A DNA stretch of 64,000 bases from Gordius albopunctatus (lineage: Eukaryota), in NCBI GenBank assembly GCA_964276515.1, contig OZ193909.1, forward strand, positions 14,384,001 through 14,448,000, written 5' to 3'. The notes under the pieces were generated by a model that was given only the letters and a program-made list of their open reading frames with translations, was not told where the DNA came from and searched no databases. The translations under genes and the position numbers were made by a program. Shown here piece after piece: positions 62,117 to 64,000 of this stretch; positions within the stretch are counted from its first letter, which is position 1, and each line of letters begins with the position of its first letter.

Positions 62117-62700
62117 TTAATTGCTATGCAATTTATGGGCTCGCTTTTTGGTGTCCGTCCGTTATCCTCCAATTTATTTACACCAGCTTCCCGGCAGGAG
62201 GTTTGTGTTCAATCCCGGGAGAGGACAAATTTTTTTTAAATTAAATTTATATTTTGTTCTTGTTAATACCATTGATAATATGACTTTTTGATCGTCCGCT
62301 GGCTGCTGACCAATGGAAAAAAATGACCATTGGCCAAAATTTGATTCGAAATTTTAATTTTTGTTTCGTTTTTGAATTGGGTAATAACATTGATAATTAC
62401 CCTATGCCCTCCACTACAAGGCCCTATGCCTCTATTAATGTGGGTTCGAATCCCGGCGAACGTTCTGAATTGCTGGTTCGAATCCCGGAGAGGCAAAAAA
62501 TTTTTTTTAATTAAATTAATATATTGTTCTTGTTAATACCATTCATAATATGACTTTCTGACCGTGTTCTGGCTCCTGACCAATGAAAAAAATGACCATT
62601 GGCCAAACTGTGATTCGAAATTTTTTTTTCGTTTTTTTGACTCGTATGTATTTACAGACCGTCTCTTGGTACTGACCGATAAAAAAATGACCATTGGCCA
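62117..62700. repeat. Inverted copy of the B-box-carrying Helentron/DINE-like family
   Basis: Begins TTAATTGCTATGCAATTTATGGGCTCGC...GTCCGTCCG, the reverse complement of the 46036 end. Contains the same ~145-bp units and GGTTCGAATCCCGG motifs. Confidence 0.7.
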
Positions 62701-64000
62701 TATCATTTTTAAGTGAAGGCTAAAATTTCAAAATGCTACTACCAAAATCATTATAAAATACTGATTTTTTAAAATTAGTGGGCAAGTGCCCCCCCTACCT
62801 TTCCTAGATATTCCAAGTCAAGGGGGTAAATTTTACCCCTGGCCGCCCTGGGAACCTACGGGTAAATTTTGGATGCTTTCTTAAGTAACAACCCAACATA
62901 ATTTCTTAAATTCTTGCCCTTTAAATTATCACATAAAATTTCACAATATAAATATTGATTTTCTATTATTGTTTCATTTTATTATATAATATATTAAAAT
63001 ATTTAAAAAAGTCAAATAAAATTTTTTAATAACCTCGTTTTTATATTTTGCATTATATTATCCGAGATTTCAAATAAAACTTGTAGTAATTGTTTACCTA
63101 CAAAATATTCAATTCTCTTCCCCGCTCAAACATTAATTTCCTTATTAAAGGCCTAATCAATGATATTTAAAGATTATCTCACTTTTATATAATTATAATA
63201 ATAATATTTAACTCAATACTTTAGCAAATTTAGCCATTATTTTAGTAAATTTTTGGATTTAGAGGAAAGCAGCCGACCCTTTCTGCCCCCCTTAGCTATA
63301 CCCATGGATGAAATATAGGAACTTTACAACAACAAATGTTGAAATTTTAATAAATAAATTGATTTAATATCTATAAGAGTTCCAAAATCAATAAATTAAC
63401 ATCTCCCCCCCCCCCCGTAAAATCAATACGTCATTATTGTATTAGGGGGCGTGAGTGGAGGGGCAGGGGATGGAGAAAGGGAGAGATAGATGTGTTAGTA
63501 TTATTAATTTATGTGCTTTAAGATCAGCCGCTGTGGAAAAAATAATAATAGCGTCGCACTCATAGGGAATATGGATGAGAAAAACACGTAGGGAAGCAGT
63601 AAGTTCTTTAGAAAAATTATAAATTATGCAAACCTTTACTGTTGCTCTTGATATAGTCTAGGGACATTTTGAACACAAGGATCCCCAAGTAGACTTACAA
63701 TTATGATACTGCCATATAAATATTCTCTTTAGTCTTTGATTATTATGCCTATTTAGTCTATGGCTTTTTTATAGTTTATTTTATTCTTAATAGGTTTTTT
63801 AAGTCTAAATTGATATATATATTTAGCCTAATATATTTTTTTTCTCTTTAAGACCCTAAGGCCCCTTAGTATATCAACTAATCTTAGTGTTTATTTTCCG
63901 CTAGATAGCAGTTATGCACTATGTTTACACTAACTGTTCAACATTCCCAAACAAATCCTTTTCATTCGTTTTTTTCTTTTAAACTTTATTAATTTTAAAT

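Overview
AT-rich, intron-rich animal (invertebrate-type) nuclear DNA, not prokaryotic. Host genes were read by hand from splice sites. They are HIRA (26 coding exons, 11601-24017 +), an unnamed minus-strand gene whose product carries five [SG]ILK motifs, one PILK and an RVxF-type motif (exons 32134-31345 and 30680-30376), an intronless DUF268-like methyltransferase-fold gene (43282-42170 -), RPS29 (49068-49279 +) and FAM76 (9 exons, 57044-61597 +). Many introns are only 35-48 nt and several use AAG acceptors. The rest is a dense, nested transposon landscape. It includes two divergent CRE-clade RT/RLE non-LTR retrotransposons, an RTE fragment, several hAT MITE families with clean 8-bp TSDs, hAT and pogo transposase relics, and three non-autonomous Helitrons (one ending in an ~810-bp (ACAT)n array). 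It also includes a Harbinger MITE, a MULE/foldback-like element, a Helentron-like family carrying tRNA B-box motifs, and a ~260-bp-arm hairpin in a FAM76 intron. The best leads are the multi-SILK/RVxF candidate PP1 scaffold, a possible shared target motif downstream of both CRE elements, and the intronless DUF268 gene. All calls come from manual reading; no database searches were run.
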